Of a stretch of DNA of 64,000 nt, positions 28,501-38,494 are shown piece after piece (position 1 is the stretch's first letter; each line of letters opens with the position of its first letter). This DNA comes from an uncultured cyanobacterium (GTDB lineage: Bacteria; Cyanobacteriota; Cyanobacteriia; Pseudanabaenales; Pseudanabaenaceae): NCBI GenBank assembly GCA_963703315.1, contig OY969811.1, forward strand, positions 3,456,001 to 3,520,000, in the 5' to 3' direction. Below the pieces are notes generated by a model. The model saw only the letters and a program-made list of their open reading frames with translations. It made no database searches and had not been told where the DNA came from. The translations under genes were made by a program, and so were the position numbers.

Positions 28501-31394
28501 GCATAGGAAGATGCTGCCACAGGGGCATTACCATAGGCGACTAGTAGCTTGACCTGTTGCATTGCCAGTAATTGCGCGATGATTGGGGCAGCGTTGTAGG
28601 CACTAGTCATGGCACTGGACATGAGCATAATCGCCGCTAAAACACGAGGATCGGTGAGAGTCGGCAAGTCTATTAGGGACAAAGCTGATTTACCCTGTAA
28701 CTGTAGCTGCAATTCCCGATAACTTAGTTGCACATCGGCGGCTGTAGGCTGCGAGGGAAACTCAATTCCCAATCGCTTCAAAATCTCTAGGGTTGTATCA
28801 ACGGCTTGGCGCATCTCATTTTGAGCCGCACAGGCTTGAATTTTGATTTCATAGACCTTCACTTGATCAAGTATCGTTTGAGAATGTTTGACCACCACCT
28901 GCACCCATTGTTCCATCTCCTCAAATTCACCGTTGAGGTAGGCGACTTCGGTGGATTCTTCAAACAAGGCTAGGGTCAATGTATATTGTGTTTCCCAGCT
29001 ATCTGCTGCTAGTAAACTCCGTCCGATCGCACAATAATTAGCGGCGGCACTGTAGGCTGTAGACTGTTTAGCTTTACGAGATGCTGATAAATTCAATTGG
29101 GCAAGTTCTTCACGCTCGACGGCATTATCAATTAAATCGATCGCTGTATTCAAATGATTGACCAGTTCAAATAGACGTTCTTCTCGTTCGGTGGGGCTGC
29201 TATGCTGCAAAAGGCGTTGACCAATACGGTAATGAATCAGCGTGCGTTGTTGAGGTTGAATCAGGGAATAGGCAGCTTGCTGGACGCGGTCATGGAGAAA
29301 TCGATAGTTAACCGCGATCTCCTGAGCCTTGACTTGGTTTTGTACCTTAGAACGTTGTTGGGCAGATTCACCTACCTCAGAATGAAAGAATTTGTACACA
29401 TCATTTTGAGGCAGTACTAAGCCTTCTTGCAGCGATCGCCATAGATCATCTGCGGTCTCTGTTTCTGATTTCTGATGAACGATCGCCAATGTTGCGAGAT
29501 CAAACTGTGCGCCAATACAAGCCGCTAATTGGAGAACCTCTTGAGTTTCTATTGGCAATTTCTGTAATTGGATTGCCATGAATTCCACGACATCATCAGT
29601 GGTTGCCAAAGATTTGATTTGAGCAATATCACATTGCCAATAGCGTGCTTCTAGATCAAAGGCAATCTGTCCAGATTCATTCAATGATTTGAGAAACTGG
29701 GTAGCAAAGAAAGGATTGCCTTGGGTTTTTTGAACTACTAATTTTGTGAGGACATGGGCATAGTCGCGATCGCAATTGAGGGTATCGGCAACTAATTGAT
29801 TCATGTGATCTAAGCTCAAGGGTTGCAACGTAATTGTGTTCACAATTGCCCCCATCTTGTGCAGTTTTTCTAAGGTAATCACAAAGGGATGCGTCGCCGA
29901 AATTTCATTATCGCGGTAAGCCCCAATCACTAACAAATGTCCTGAATCTTGAATTAGCAATTGCATTAACTTCAATGATGCAGAATCTGCCCACTGCAAA
30001 TCATCTAAGAACATCACCAGAGGATGGGCGGCACAGGTAAATACCTGTACAAATTTCTGCATTAATAAATTAAAACGATTCTGCGCAGCATTGCCTGATA
30101 ACTCTTGAGAGATCGGTGGTTGAGAACCAATAATGCGTTCCAAATTAGGAATTACTTCAATTAACACCTGTCCGTTATCACCAACGGCGGCAAGAATTTT
30201 GTTTTTCCAAGTTTGCAGTTGGGCATCTGATTCTGCCAGCAGTTTGTCAATCAAATCATTAAACGCTTGTACAAACGCTGAAAAGGGAATATTGCGCTGA
30301 AACTGATCATATTTACCCTGAATAAAATAGCCGCGTTGTCTGGCAATGGGTTTATGAACTTCGTTGACCACTGTGGTTTTGCCAATACCTGAAAAGCCAG
30401 CAACAAGCAGCATTTCCGTATTCCCTTGACTGACTCGATCAAAGGCATTCAGCAATGTTTGCACTTCCTGTTCACGACCATAGAGTTTTTCAGGAATGAG
30501 AAAGCGATCGCTAATATCGCGCTCACCCAGCACAAAAGATCTAATTTCTTTAGAGTTTTGTAACTGTTCGAGACAAAACTCTAAGTCGGCTCTAATGCCC
30601 AATGCACTTTGATAGCGATTTTCGGCATTCTTCGCCATCAACTTACTTACGATTTCTGATAAAGCTACGGGAATTTTGGGATTAACCTGATGTACAGGAG
30701 TAGGATTTCTGGCTAAATGGCAATGGATTAATTCCATTGGATCATTTGATTCAAAAGGTAGCTTTTTGGTCAATAATTCGTAAAAAGTAATTCCTAATGA
30801 ATAAAAATCACTCCGATAATCAATACCACGATTCATCCGTCCAGTTTGCTCTGGAGACAGATAGGCAAGGGTTCCTTCTAAATTATTCGCATTTTGAATT
30901 TCTAAGGTTTCTCTAGGAAGTAGAGAGGCAATGCTAAAGTCAATGAGCTTGACCTGCTTAGTGATTGGGTTAACTAAAATATTGGCAGGTTTGATATCTT
31001 TATGAATGATCTTATTGAGATAGAGAATATCGAGGATGTCAGAGAGGGTAATGGCAACCTCCAAAAAATCACTTAAAGATATTTCTGCTTTCCCTTTAAT
31101 TGCCCATTCCTTTAGAGAAACCCCTCCAAAATCTTCCATAATGAGGGCATAGCTATTATGCTGTGGCTCTAAACTATAGGTGGTAATAATATTGGGAGAG
31201 TTGAGGTTTTTGGCGATCGCATATTGATTGCGGAATTGGGCTAACTCATTAAAACTAGGGTATTCATTGCGTAATAGCTTGATTACAACAGGTTGTTGAT
31301 CATGTTCTCGAATTCCTCGATACACTAAGGTTCTATGTCCTGCGTAAAGCTGCTCAGTAATCCGATAACCCGATAAGTTCGTGATTACATCCAT
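25515..31394 (-). CDS. Ser/Thr kinase-AAA-GAF-PAS-histidine kinase fusion (HstK-like)
   Basis: HKDIKPAN, GFSGIGKT, FLDDLQWAD, AHEINNP, GKGTGLGL. Confidence 0.93.
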   Translation of the reverse strand: MDVITNLSGYRITEQLYAGHRTLVYRGIREHDQQPVVIKLLRNEYPSFNELAQFRNQYAIAKNLNSPNIITTYSLEPQHNSYALIMEDFGGVSLKEWAIKGKAEISLSDFLEVAITLSDILDILYLNKIIHKDIKPANILVNPITKQVKLIDFSIASLLPRETLEIQNANNLEGTLAYLSPEQTGRMNRGIDYRSDFYSLGITFYELLTKKLPFESNDPMELIHCHLARNPTPVHQVNPKIPVALSEIVSKLMAKNAENRYQSALGIRADLEFCLEQLQNSKEIRSFVLGERDISDRFLIPEKLYGREQEVQTLLNAFDRVSQGNTEMLLVAGFSGIGKTTVVNEVHKPIARQRGYFIQGKYDQFQRNIPFSAFVQAFNDLIDKLLAESDAQLQTWKNKILAAVGDNGQVLIEVIPNLERIIGSQPPISQELSGNAAQNRFNLLMQKFVQVFTCAAHPLVMFLDDLQWADSASLKLMQLLIQDSGHLLVIGAYRDNEISATHPFVITLEKLHKMGAIVNTITLQPLSLDHMNQLVADTLNCDRDYAHVLTKLVVQKTQGNPFFATQFLKSLNESGQIAFDLEARYWQCDIAQIKSLATTDDVVEFMAIQLQKLPIETQEVLQLAACIGAQFDLATLAIVHQKSETETADDLWRSLQEGLVLPQNDVYKFFHSEVGESAQQRSKVQNQVKAQEIAVNYRFLHDRVQQAAYSLIQPQQRTLIHYRIGQRLLQHSSPTEREERLFELVNHLNTAIDLIDNAVEREELAQLNLSASRKAKQSTAYSAAANYCAIGRSLLAADSWETQYTLTLALFEESTEVAYLNGEFEEMEQWVQVVVKHSQTILDQVKVYEIKIQACAAQNEMRQAVDTTLEILKRLGIEFPSQPTAADVQLSYRELQLQLQGKSALSLIDLPTLTDPRVLAAIMLMSSAMTSAYNAAPIIAQLLAMQQVKLLVAYGNAPVAASSYAWYGLVLAGLVGDIDGGYQFGQLALSLLEKFDAKEFETKTIFAFNVFIRYHKEHLHQTLKPLLDSYQSGMAIGDFEYASRSSFQYGCHSLLSGQNLPAIEVEMANYSQVMNGVKQSAILHKNEVFRWAVLMLMGQSQPPMGWHDDDYSDPKLLNYYLTANDRTTVFMFSISRLMVYYLMEDLEKATYYADICKKYLDSGAAFVLGSFFNFYDSLAHLALCNHLDPVNPDEHTSQTAILTRVSANQKSMTEWARHAPMNYAHKFQLVEAERYRAIGNKAEAIAAYDLAIQLAQDHQYIQEEALACELAAKFYLGWGKEKIAQSYMTEAYYAYSRWGAKAKVEDLEMRYPQLLLPILQRQQQSFNSTETIFTAPSHASKASTSSTNISESLDLSTILQASQSLSSAIELEKLLSTLLHIVTENAGADKCVLLMPNSHSSEHEWVIEALSQLGQPEQIMQSIPIDDGQLVPLALINTVKNTINPLVIWDATLHPSFANDPYIRAQQPKSVLCNPILNQGKLIAILYLENNLTVGAFTSDRVKVLNSICVQAAISLQNARLYANEQEKAQIIQQSARELEKFRAKLMFLIERTPVALIEWDTDFRVTSWNAAAERIFGYQASEILHGHGLTIVPEASHADVIKIFQNLINQQGGIYNSNENLTKDGRTIICEWINTPLLDEKGNLVGAYSMVQDITERKRIELERQQKSEELEQALRQLQQTQLQLIQGEKMSALGNLVAGVAHEINNPIGFLGGNIRPALDYINDLFGLLDLYQQKYPNSDPDIQSEIENIDLEYIREDLPKLVGSMREGIKRIRDISNSLRTFSRADSDRPVAYNIHDGIDSTILILKHRLKADSDRPEIQVIKEYGNLPQVECFAGQLNQVFMNLLANAIDAIEESNQGSSYNDLLANPNRITIRTSVAEQQVKIQIADNGKGMSEEIREHIFDHLFTTKEVGKGTGLGLAIAQQIIVDKHQGSILVNSEIGKGTEFVISLPIEHQ

Positions 31395-31698
31395 AGCCTT
31401 CTCCCTTCTCCCTTTGCTAATTTGCGTTTCTAATTTGCGTTTCTAATTTGCCAGATGCTAGATGATACCCAAATGTCATATATATGCCCACCCTGACTTT
31501 TGTAGCAACACAGCGTCAACAGAAAAAGCTCTAAAAATTGTTAACTAGGCAAATCCTGATATTCAGAATCCAAGTTGATGAACTTTCTTAACTTAAATAG
31601 CCCGTAACTCTACAATCTTATTTGATTCTTGTCTATTTTTGTTGCTAAGTATAAATTTAGTTGCCTAAAAAGTAAAGGCAATCGCTACACCAATCGTC

Positions 31699-31821
31699 GG
31701 TGCAATTCATGAATTGCACCCAGAACGGGAGAAGGGGAGTAAGAGATTTTTCTTGTTCCCCTCTCCCTTTTTGGGAGAGGGGCTAGGGGTGAGGGTCTTA
31801 GAAAATTCTGCGTAAGTCCTG
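31699..31821. repeat. Composite palindromic repeat: REP-like 22-bp palindrome plus one-ended AGGACTTACGCA MITE
   Basis: GGTGCAATTCATGAATTGCACC; CCCCTCTCCC..GGGAGAGGGG; end TGCGTAAGTCCTG matches the 58515 element. Confidence 0.7.
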
Positions 31822-31825
31822 ATAT

Positions 31826-32455
31826 TTATGCTCTTTTTTGAGATTGCAAAACTTGTAAACTACCCCCCGCATAGAGTTGACAGGATTTAACTTGAAATCC
31901 TGACTTGATTAGTAGCTGCTGGAGGTCAGTTTTGAGCAATTGCCACGCGGTTTCCGTCTCAAATAACCATAGAAAAGTGGCGATCGGTAACCAAAATAGG
32001 GGATTAGTCGGAGGATGGAAATCGATAATGATGAATTGTCCCTCTGGCGTTAGGACACGATGGACTTCTTGGATGATTTGCTGTAATTGGTGAGATTCCA
32101 TTTCATGCATGGCTGTACTGGTAATCACCAGATCAAAGCTGCGATCGCTAAAAGGCATCTTTTCCGCAAAAGATTCGACATAATTGGCTTGCGGCACATT
32201 TTGTTTAGCGCGTTTAATGGCGATCGGCGAAGCATCTAAACCTGTGACATTAGAAAAGTGCTTAACTAGCTCCTGCGTAGCTTGACCTGCACCACAACAG
32301 AGATCGAGAACTTTTGCATCAGCATTAACTTGTAAATCCTTTAAAAATAGTTGCCGAAATCGTTTTTCTCCACCCACACTCAGCGCGGCTAATGCTGATA
32401 CTGTGTCATAAAACCATTGATAGCGATAACTCCAGTCCCGTAAAATTGTCGTCAT
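31826..32455 (-). CDS. Class I SAM-dependent methyltransferase
   Basis: VLDLCCGAG motif I. Confidence 0.88.
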   Translation of the reverse strand: MTTILRDWSYRYQWFYDTVSALAALSVGGEKRFRQLFLKDLQVNADAKVLDLCCGAGQATQELVKHFSNVTGLDASPIAIKRAKQNVPQANYVESFAEKMPFSDRSFDLVITSTAMHEMESHQLQQIIQEVHRVLTPEGQFIIIDFHPPTNPLFWLPIATFLWLFETETAWQLLKTDLQQLLIKSGFQVKSCQLYAGGSLQVLQSQKRA

Positions 32456-32871
32456 TTAGTAAGTTCTATCCATTGTAAAAGGTTGTTAGAGAGACTACAC
32501 TTTTTTCTAGTGCTAGGATCAATACAGATATGTTTGGTGAGTGCCTTAGCGATCGCCTTTTTTGCTAAATCTGTATCAAAAAATAATTGATATGCAACTT
32601 GAAAAGATTCAGGACTTAGCAAAGTTGTTGCTAGTGAAATCGCGATGCGATCGCCACAAAACATTGGCTTAAAAAAATCAATGCTGGCGTGAGTAATCGG
32701 AACGGCGATCGTTTCTCCTCGAAAGAAAGATTTCAGATCAATTCCTGATGCAGCTAGTGAAGCCTCATACGCTTCATGGCAAAGGGATAAGCCATTGGCA
32801 AAATAGACAACTCCTGCCGCATCAGTATCACGGAAGTGGATTGTCCGATGGTAAATAAAAGATTGATGCAT
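32452..32871 (-). CDS. Hotdog thioesterase, likely DHNA-CoA hydrolase
   Basis: FRDTDAAGVVYFAN...CHEAYE. Confidence 0.8.
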   Translation of the reverse strand: MHQSFIYHRTIHFRDTDAAGVVYFANGLSLCHEAYEASLAASGIDLKSFFRGETIAVPITHASIDFFKPMFCGDRIAISLATTLLSPESFQVAYQLFFDTDLAKKAIAKALTKHICIDPSTRKKCSLSNNLLQWIELTK

Positions 32872-32911
32872 ACGTTACTCACACGAAACAGGTACTTTGT
32901 GCCTATTTTGT

Positions 32912-33946
32912 TTATGCTCTTCCCATTACCTCTGCCATGCGATGGACTTGCACCATAAGCTTGTCAAAAGCATCAAAGGTGAGAGACTGGGGACCATCGG
33001 ATAAAGCTTTTTTGGGATTGGGATGGACTTCGATCATTAAGGAATCTACCCCCGCAGCGATCGAGGCTAAACTCATTGATGGTACATAATCCGACCAACC
33101 CGTACCATGACTAGGATCGATCATGATTGGCAAATGGGTTAGCTTGCGTAATACAGGAATTGCCGCTAGGTCTAGAGTGTTACGAGTATATTCGCGATCA
33201 AAAGTTCTAATTCCTCTCTCACAAAGAATGACATTCGGATTTCCCTCCGCCAGAATATATTCTGCTGCCATCAGCCAATCATCAATGGTGGCGGCTAATC
33301 CACGCTTCAGTAAGATGGGTTTATTCTGTTTGCCTACTTGCTTTAACAATGAGAAGTTCTGCATATTTCGCGCACCAATTTGCAGCACATCTGCAACTTC
33401 CGCGATTTTATCAATATCGCCTGTATCCATTACTTCTGTAATGATTCCCAAACCACTAGCTTCTCTGGCAGCAGCGAGAAGTGATAGAGCGCTTTCACCA
33501 TGTCCCTGAAAAGCATAGGGAGAAGTACGTGGTTTATAGGCTCCACCTCGAAGAAACTGTGCGCCCGATGCCTTGACTCTGATTGCTGTTTCCACAATCA
33601 TTTCTTCATTCTCCACCGAGCAAGGTCCCGCCACAACGACCAAAGGCTGATTCTCGCCGATCGCTACATCACCATTAGGAGTAGGCACAATAACTACGCT
33701 CGATTCATTTTGGCGATATTCTCGACTCGCACGCTTAAAAGGACGTTCCACTCGTAAAACTACCTCAATCCAAGGGCTTAATTCTTCAATGCGATGGCGA
33801 TCGAGGTCGGCAGTCTCGCCAACAAGTCCTAACACAACTTTATGTTTGCCAACAATTCTTTCAGGTGATAATCCCCAACTAGATAGTTCGTCACAGATCC
33901 GTTCAACTTCTTCTGCGGGTGTACCAATCTTGGTTACTACGATCAC
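32912..33946 (-). CDS. aroF: DAHP synthase (class I beta)
   Basis: AGPCSVE, KPRTSPYAFQG, GARNMQN, DPSH. Confidence 0.93.
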   Translation of the reverse strand: MIVVTKIGTPAEEVERICDELSSWGLSPERIVGKHKVVLGLVGETADLDRHRIEELSPWIEVVLRVERPFKRASREYRQNESSVVIVPTPNGDVAIGENQPLVVVAGPCSVENEEMIVETAIRVKASGAQFLRGGAYKPRTSPYAFQGHGESALSLLAAAREASGLGIITEVMDTGDIDKIAEVADVLQIGARNMQNFSLLKQVGKQNKPILLKRGLAATIDDWLMAAEYILAEGNPNVILCERGIRTFDREYTRNTLDLAAIPVLRKLTHLPIMIDPSHGTGWSDYVPSMSLASIAAGVDSLMIEVHPNPKKALSDGPQSLTFDAFDKLMVQVHRMAEVMGRA

Positions 33947-34159
33947 AGTTAGTCTCCTTTAATTTATATGTATCTGTTTATATGTATCTGTCTCTATTCT
34001 ATACATTAGTTATTGATAGAGATTGATTTTTAAATTGTTTCTGTCTTAAGAGCTATTTTAGGAATGCTTGCATCGCAAATTGCTAGACTCCCAGTGCTAA
34101 TATATAAAATGTTACAAAAGTATATGAATAGCATTAGCTAGAGCTAGGTAGTTACAAAT

Positions 34160-35035
34160 ATGGCAGTCAAACCTGATTGGTTGCGAGTAAAAGCCCCTCA
34201 GTGGGAGCGCGTGGGTAATGTTAAAGAAGTCCTACGCGACTTGGGGCTAAATACTGTATGTGAAGAAGCATCCTGCCCAAATATTGGCGAATGCTTCAAC
34301 CAAGGGACTGCCACATTCTTGATTATGGGACCTGCTTGCACCCGTGCTTGTCCTTACTGTGACATTGATTTTGAAAAGAAGCCGCAAGCTCTCGATCCGA
34401 TGGAACCGATTAACCTCGGTGAAGCAGTACGGCGCATGAATCTTAAACACGTAGTTGTTACTTCCGTTAATCGTGATGATCTGCCCGATGGTGGTGCTTC
34501 GCAGTTTGTGCGCTGCATCGAAGAAATTCGTAAATTAATGCCGCAGACTACGATCGAACTTCTCATTCCTGATCTCTGTGCTAATTGGGAAGCTCTAGAA
34601 ACTATTCTATCAGCACGTCCTCATGTGCTTAATCACAATACCGAAACTGTACCAAGACTTTATCGTAAAGTGCGTCCACAGGGAGATTATCAGCGTAGTT
34701 TGGAACTGTTGCGCCGCGCCCGTGAAATTGCGCCTTGGGTCTATACCAAGTCTGGAATTATGGTCGGTATGAGCGAAACCCATGAGGAGGTTTTGGAGGT
34801 AATGCGCGATTTGAGAACTGTAGATTGCGACATCATTACTATTGGTCAGTATTTACAACCTTCCGCTAAGCATTTGACTCTGCATGAGTTTGTTACACCG
34901 CAACAGTTTGAGGCATGGCGGGTCGCGGGTAAAGAAATGGGATTTTTGCAAGTTGTATCTTCGCCACTGACACGCAGTTCCTATCATGCGGAGCAGGTGC
35001 AAGCATTGATGAAGTTATATCCGAAAGAAGTGTAG
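34160..35035 (+). CDS. lipA: Lipoyl synthase
   Basis: [26 protein letters not shown]. Confidence 0.96.
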   Translation: MAVKPDWLRVKAPQWERVGNVKEVLRDLGLNTVCEEASCPNIGECFNQGTATFLIMGPACTRACPYCDIDFEKKPQALDPMEPINLGEAVRRMNLKHVVVTSVNRDDLPDGGASQFVRCIEEIRKLMPQTTIELLIPDLCANWEALETILSARPHVLNHNTETVPRLYRKVRPQGDYQRSLELLRRAREIAPWVYTKSGIMVGMSETHEEVLEVMRDLRTVDCDIITIGQYLQPSAKHLTLHEFVTPQQFEAWRVAGKEMGFLQVVSSPLTRSSYHAEQVQALMKLYPKEV

Positions 35036-35051
35036 TGATAATTAAGAAATT

Positions 35052-35094
35052 GCGATCGCCTCTTCTGCTAATTATTTAATTAAGGGGCGATCGC
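35052..35094. repeat. HIP1-bounded module zeta (second copy at 35701-35742)
   Basis: GATCGC-CTCTT(C/A)TGCTAATTATTTAATTA..GG-GCGATCGC on both sides of one TA pair. Confidence 0.85.
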
Positions 35095-35200
35095 GGTTTC
35101 ACACTATTGGCTGGGTTGAAAGTTACAATAATCGCGATTGCGTGAGGGCTTCAGTTGTAGGTTGTATAATAATTTTGAAAGTTGCTAAGGACTAAAAAAC

Positions 35201-35431
35201 ATGACTACTGTGGAGCTTCGGCATCAAATTGTAGAATATATAGATTGCTTGTCTCCCGAAAAACTTAGGGTTGCTGTAGATTTTTTAGCATATCTTGCAG
35301 AACGTGAGAGCCAAGAAGCAACTGAAGAGTTATTGAAGATTCCTAGATTTATAGAGTCTTTGGAAAAAGCTGAGTCTAAAATCAATTCAGGAAGTTATCG
35401 CAACTGGAGAGATATTCGCAGAGATGTATGA
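35201..35431 (+). CDS. DUF2281-like antitoxin
   Basis: LSPEKLRVAVDFLAYL...EATEELLKIP; overlaps the toxin start. Confidence 0.75.
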   Translation: MTTVELRHQIVEYIDCLSPEKLRVAVDFLAYLAERESQEATEELLKIPRFIESLEKAESKINSGSYRNWRDIRRDV

Positions 35432-35687
35432 AGTACGTTTGTCATTGGAGGCACAGAGTTTTTATAATAAGACTTCGATCGCAACTGTCAAAAAAATCAA
35501 TAGGTGTTTGCTGATTTTAGAACAAGATCCATATAGTCATCCAAATATTACTGCTTTGAGAGGGAATCTCGCAGGGCGCTACCGTTATCGGATTGGAGAC
35601 TATCGAATATTGTATTTGGTTGATGAAGAATTAAAGGTGGTATTCGTTACTTTAATTGCTCATCGTAGTAAGGTTTATGACGACTAA
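35424..35687 (+). CDS. RelE/ParE family toxin
   Basis: LRGNLAGRYRYRIGDYRILY...IAHRSKVY. Confidence 0.9.
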   Translation: MYEVRLSLEAQSFYNKTSIATVKKINRCLLILEQDPYSHPNITALRGNLAGRYRYRIGDYRILYLVDEELKVVFVTLIAHRSKVYDD

Positions 35688-35781
35688 TACTTATCTCAAC
35701 ATGATCGCCTCTTATGCTAATTATTTAATTACGGGCGATCGCTTATGATGTTTAAATGTAAGGTGCGGAGGTTGAAATTCA

Positions 35782-36075
35782 GTGAAAACTAAGGATGAGG
35801 TGTTAAGGGTTTTAAGCGATCGCAAGCCATTATTATTACAGAATTATCAAATTTCTGGTTTAGGTTTGTTTGGTTCCTACGCGAGGGGTTCGCAAACAGA
35901 GTCAAGTGATGTAGATGTCTTGGTGGATTATGAGAAAGCGCCTAGTTTGTTTAAGTTGTTAGAGCTGCGCGATTATTTGAGTGATTTGTTAGGAATGAAG
36001 GTGGATGTTGTGACTCGTAATGGATTGAAGTCTAGAATTAGGGAGAGGGTTTTGGCTGAGGTGATTTATTTATGA
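35782..36075 (+). CDS. Minimal nucleotidyltransferase (MNT) 1
   Basis: FGSYARG...SDVDVLV; GTG start. Confidence 0.88.
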   Translation: MKTKDEVLRVLSDRKPLLLQNYQISGLGLFGSYARGSQTESSDVDVLVDYEKAPSLFKLLELRDYLSDLLGMKVDVVTRNGLKSRIRERVLAEVIYL

Positions 36076-36422
36076 CTATTACGATAGATACTGTAACGGT
36101 TGATGTATATAGGAAGGTATGCGATCGCTTGAATGTTGTTGAGGATGACATTATTAAATTTTGTCAAAGGTGGAAAATCGTGGAGTTTGGTGTGTTTGGT
36201 TCGGTTTTGAGGGATGATTTTCGGTGTGATAGTGATGTAGATGTTTTGGTCACTTTTGATGCAAAGATTCAGCCGAGACTAGCGGATAGATTGAATATGC
36301 AGGAAGAGATTGAGGCTTTGTTTCATCGTCCTGTTGATATAGTTCAAAGGTGTTTGCTCAAAAATCCTTATATGCGTTCGGAGATTTTACGTTCTTGTTT
36401 GATGATTTATGCCGATAAGTAA
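36072..36422 (+). CDS. Minimal nucleotidyltransferase (MNT) 2
   Basis: FGSVLRDDFRCDSDVDVLV. Confidence 0.88.
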   Translation: MTITIDTVTVDVYRKVCDRLNVVEDDIIKFCQRWKIVEFGVFGSVLRDDFRCDSDVDVLVTFDAKIQPRLADRLNMQEEIEALFHRPVDIVQRCLLKNPYMRSEILRSCLMIYADK

Positions 36423-36762
36423 TAAAGACGCTACTTCATTATGGGAAATTGTAAGGGCTATTGAGTATATTCAGGCTTTTACTGTTGGTATGAGCTATGA
36501 TGACTACCTTGCAGATAATTTGGTGCAAAGTGGTGTTGAGCGCAAGTTTGAGATTATTGGTGAGGCGGTGCGGCGGTTGTCTGATGATTTTAGGCAGGAG
36601 CATTCTGAGATAGATTGGCGTGAGTTAATCGGTGTGCGAAATATTATTGCTCATCGCTATGATCAAGTAGATCAGGCTATTTTGTGGGATGCGATTGAGT
36701 CTGTGTTGCCTGTTTTGATAGAGCAAGTAAGGGTTTTATTGCCTCCAATTGCAGATGTTTAG
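36409..36762 (+). CDS. HepT/DUF86 HEPN ribonuclease toxin
   Basis: EIIGEA and RNIIAHRY (RX4HXY). Confidence 0.88.
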   Translation: MPISNKDATSLWEIVRAIEYIQAFTVGMSYDDYLADNLVQSGVERKFEIIGEAVRRLSDDFRQEHSEIDWRELIGVRNIIAHRYDQVDQAILWDAIESVLPVLIEQVRVLLPPIADV

Positions 36763-36804
36763 TGAGTATGTGTTTGTTTGCAAATTTAGGAGTGAGGTTG
36801 GGTT

Positions 36805-38211
36805 ATGAGTGATGATTTGCCGATGGGGTGGGATAGAGCTTTTTTAGGTGATGTGTGTGAAATTGCTAGAGGCGGCTCACCAAGACCTATTCAAAAATAT
36901 TTGACTGATGATCCAGAGGGAATAAATTGGATCAAAATTTCAGATGCAACTGAAAGTGAAAAGTATATTTTTAAAACAAAGCAGAAAATCACCCGTGATG
37001 GTATTTCTAATTCCAGATTAGTTAAAGATGGTGATTTCATTCTATCCAATTCAATGAGTTTTGGAAGACCGTATATTGTTCGTACCGAAGGCTGTATTCA
37101 TGACGGATGGCTGGTTTTAAGTGTCAATGATGAAGTATTTAATCCTGATTATCTTTATTGTTTTCTTGGATCACAAGAGGCTTACAGTCAATTCAATAGT
37201 AAAGCTGCTGGATCAACTGTTCGGAACTTGAATATAGAAATAGTTAAAACTGTTGAAGCTATAGTTCCGCCACTTAATGAACAACGGCGGATTGTGGATA
37301 AGTTGGATCGGATAGGCGATCGCCACCGCACGGCGCGTAATGAGTTAAGCCACATCCCAAAACTAATTGCGCGTTACAAACAAGCTGTTTTAGCTGCTGC
37401 TTTTCGCGGCGATTTAACCGCAGATTGGAGAAATCAAAATAACGAAATAATTCTTGATTCAGAAGAATTTTTGTTTGTTAACTACTCAAATGAATATGAA
37501 TTCCCTGATTTGCCTAATTCATGGATTTTATCTTGTATTGATAAAATTGGAAACGTAAAAGGAGGCAAACGATTACCTAAAGGAGAAAAACTAGTTGATT
37601 GGAACACAGGCTTTCCTTACATAAGAGCAGGTAATCTAAAAAATGGAACTGTAGTTACTTATGAATTACTTTTTGTGACTGAAGACATAAGAAAAGTAAT
37701 TAGGAACTATACGGTTTCTTCGGGAGACGTTTACATTACCATAGTTGGAGCTTGTATAGGTGATGCAGGAATTATTCCTAAGAATTTGGATGGAGCTAAT
37801 TTAACAGAGAATGCAGCCAAAATATGTGATTTAAAACAATGTGACAATCAGTATTTAGCATTATGGTTACGTTCATCTATATGCCAAGATATAATTAATC
37901 ATAAAACTCTTTCAGCGGCACAAGGGAAACTCGCATTAACAAGAATTAAAACAATACCAATTCCATTGACACCACTCGAAGAACAGAAGGAAATTGTTCG
38001 GCGAGTTGAGAAGATGTTTGAGAAGATAGACATGATGGAGCAGGAATATCAAAAAGCGGCGAAACTTTGCGACAGATTGGAACAGGCGACATTAGCAAAA
38101 GCATTTCGTGGTGACCTCGTACCTCAAGACCCTAACGATGAGCCAGCATCAGTTCTGTTGGAACAAGTAAAAAGTCAAAAGAAAAAAGGGAAAATTAAAT
38201 CTAAGAAATAG
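36805..38211 (+). CDS. hsdS: Type I R-M specificity subunit
   Basis: Two TRDs with PPLNEQRRIV / TPLEEQKEIV spacers; LAKAFRGDLVPQDPNDEPAS. Confidence 0.93.
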   Translation: MSDDLPMGWDRAFLGDVCEIARGGSPRPIQKYLTDDPEGINWIKISDATESEKYIFKTKQKITRDGISNSRLVKDGDFILSNSMSFGRPYIVRTEGCIHDGWLVLSVNDEVFNPDYLYCFLGSQEAYSQFNSKAAGSTVRNLNIEIVKTVEAIVPPLNEQRRIVDKLDRIGDRHRTARNELSHIPKLIARYKQAVLAAAFRGDLTADWRNQNNEIILDSEEFLFVNYSNEYEFPDLPNSWILSCIDKIGNVKGGKRLPKGEKLVDWNTGFPYIRAGNLKNGTVVTYELLFVTEDIRKVIRNYTVSSGDVYITIVGACIGDAGIIPKNLDGANLTENAAKICDLKQCDNQYLALWLRSSICQDIINHKTLSAAQGKLALTRIKTIPIPLTPLEEQKEIVRRVEKMFEKIDMMEQEYQKAAKLCDRLEQATLAKAFRGDLVPQDPNDEPASVLLEQVKSQKKKGKIKSKK

Positions 38212-38220
38212 GTTTGCACG

Positions 38221-38423
38221 GTAGGGGTTGAGCATTTGCGCCACAATTGCCAAACACACCACAAAAAAACTAAATTCGCAAATGCTCAACCCTCTATGCT
38301 TTAACCGACAAATTATTCTTGCGGATTGAGATTTTGTGCAAAATTTCGAGGCTTGGGCATAGCATTCCCCAATGTAGAGCATCGAAGGAGTTAAAGATTG
38401 TCGCGGGAATGCTATGCCCCTAC
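38221..38423. repeat. Two GTAG-type REP-like long hairpins
   Basis: GTAGGGGTTGAGCATTTGCG...CGCAAATGCTCAACCC and GGGCATAGCATTCCC...GGGAATGCTATGCCCCTAC. Confidence 0.7.
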
Positions 38424-38494
38424 AGTGATGTCATGTTTGGCGAACCTAATTTCAAGGCTATAATTATGAAATCTTTGGATAGGAGAACAAGCAA

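Noticed and set aside
31826..32455. menG assignment from its position next to the thioesterase
   Set aside because: The sequence supports only a generic class I methyltransferase.
31417..33990. Short tandem duplications (13-bp unit at 31417-31451, 14-bp unit at 33963-33990)
   Set aside because: Probably slippage duplications; no evidence of function.
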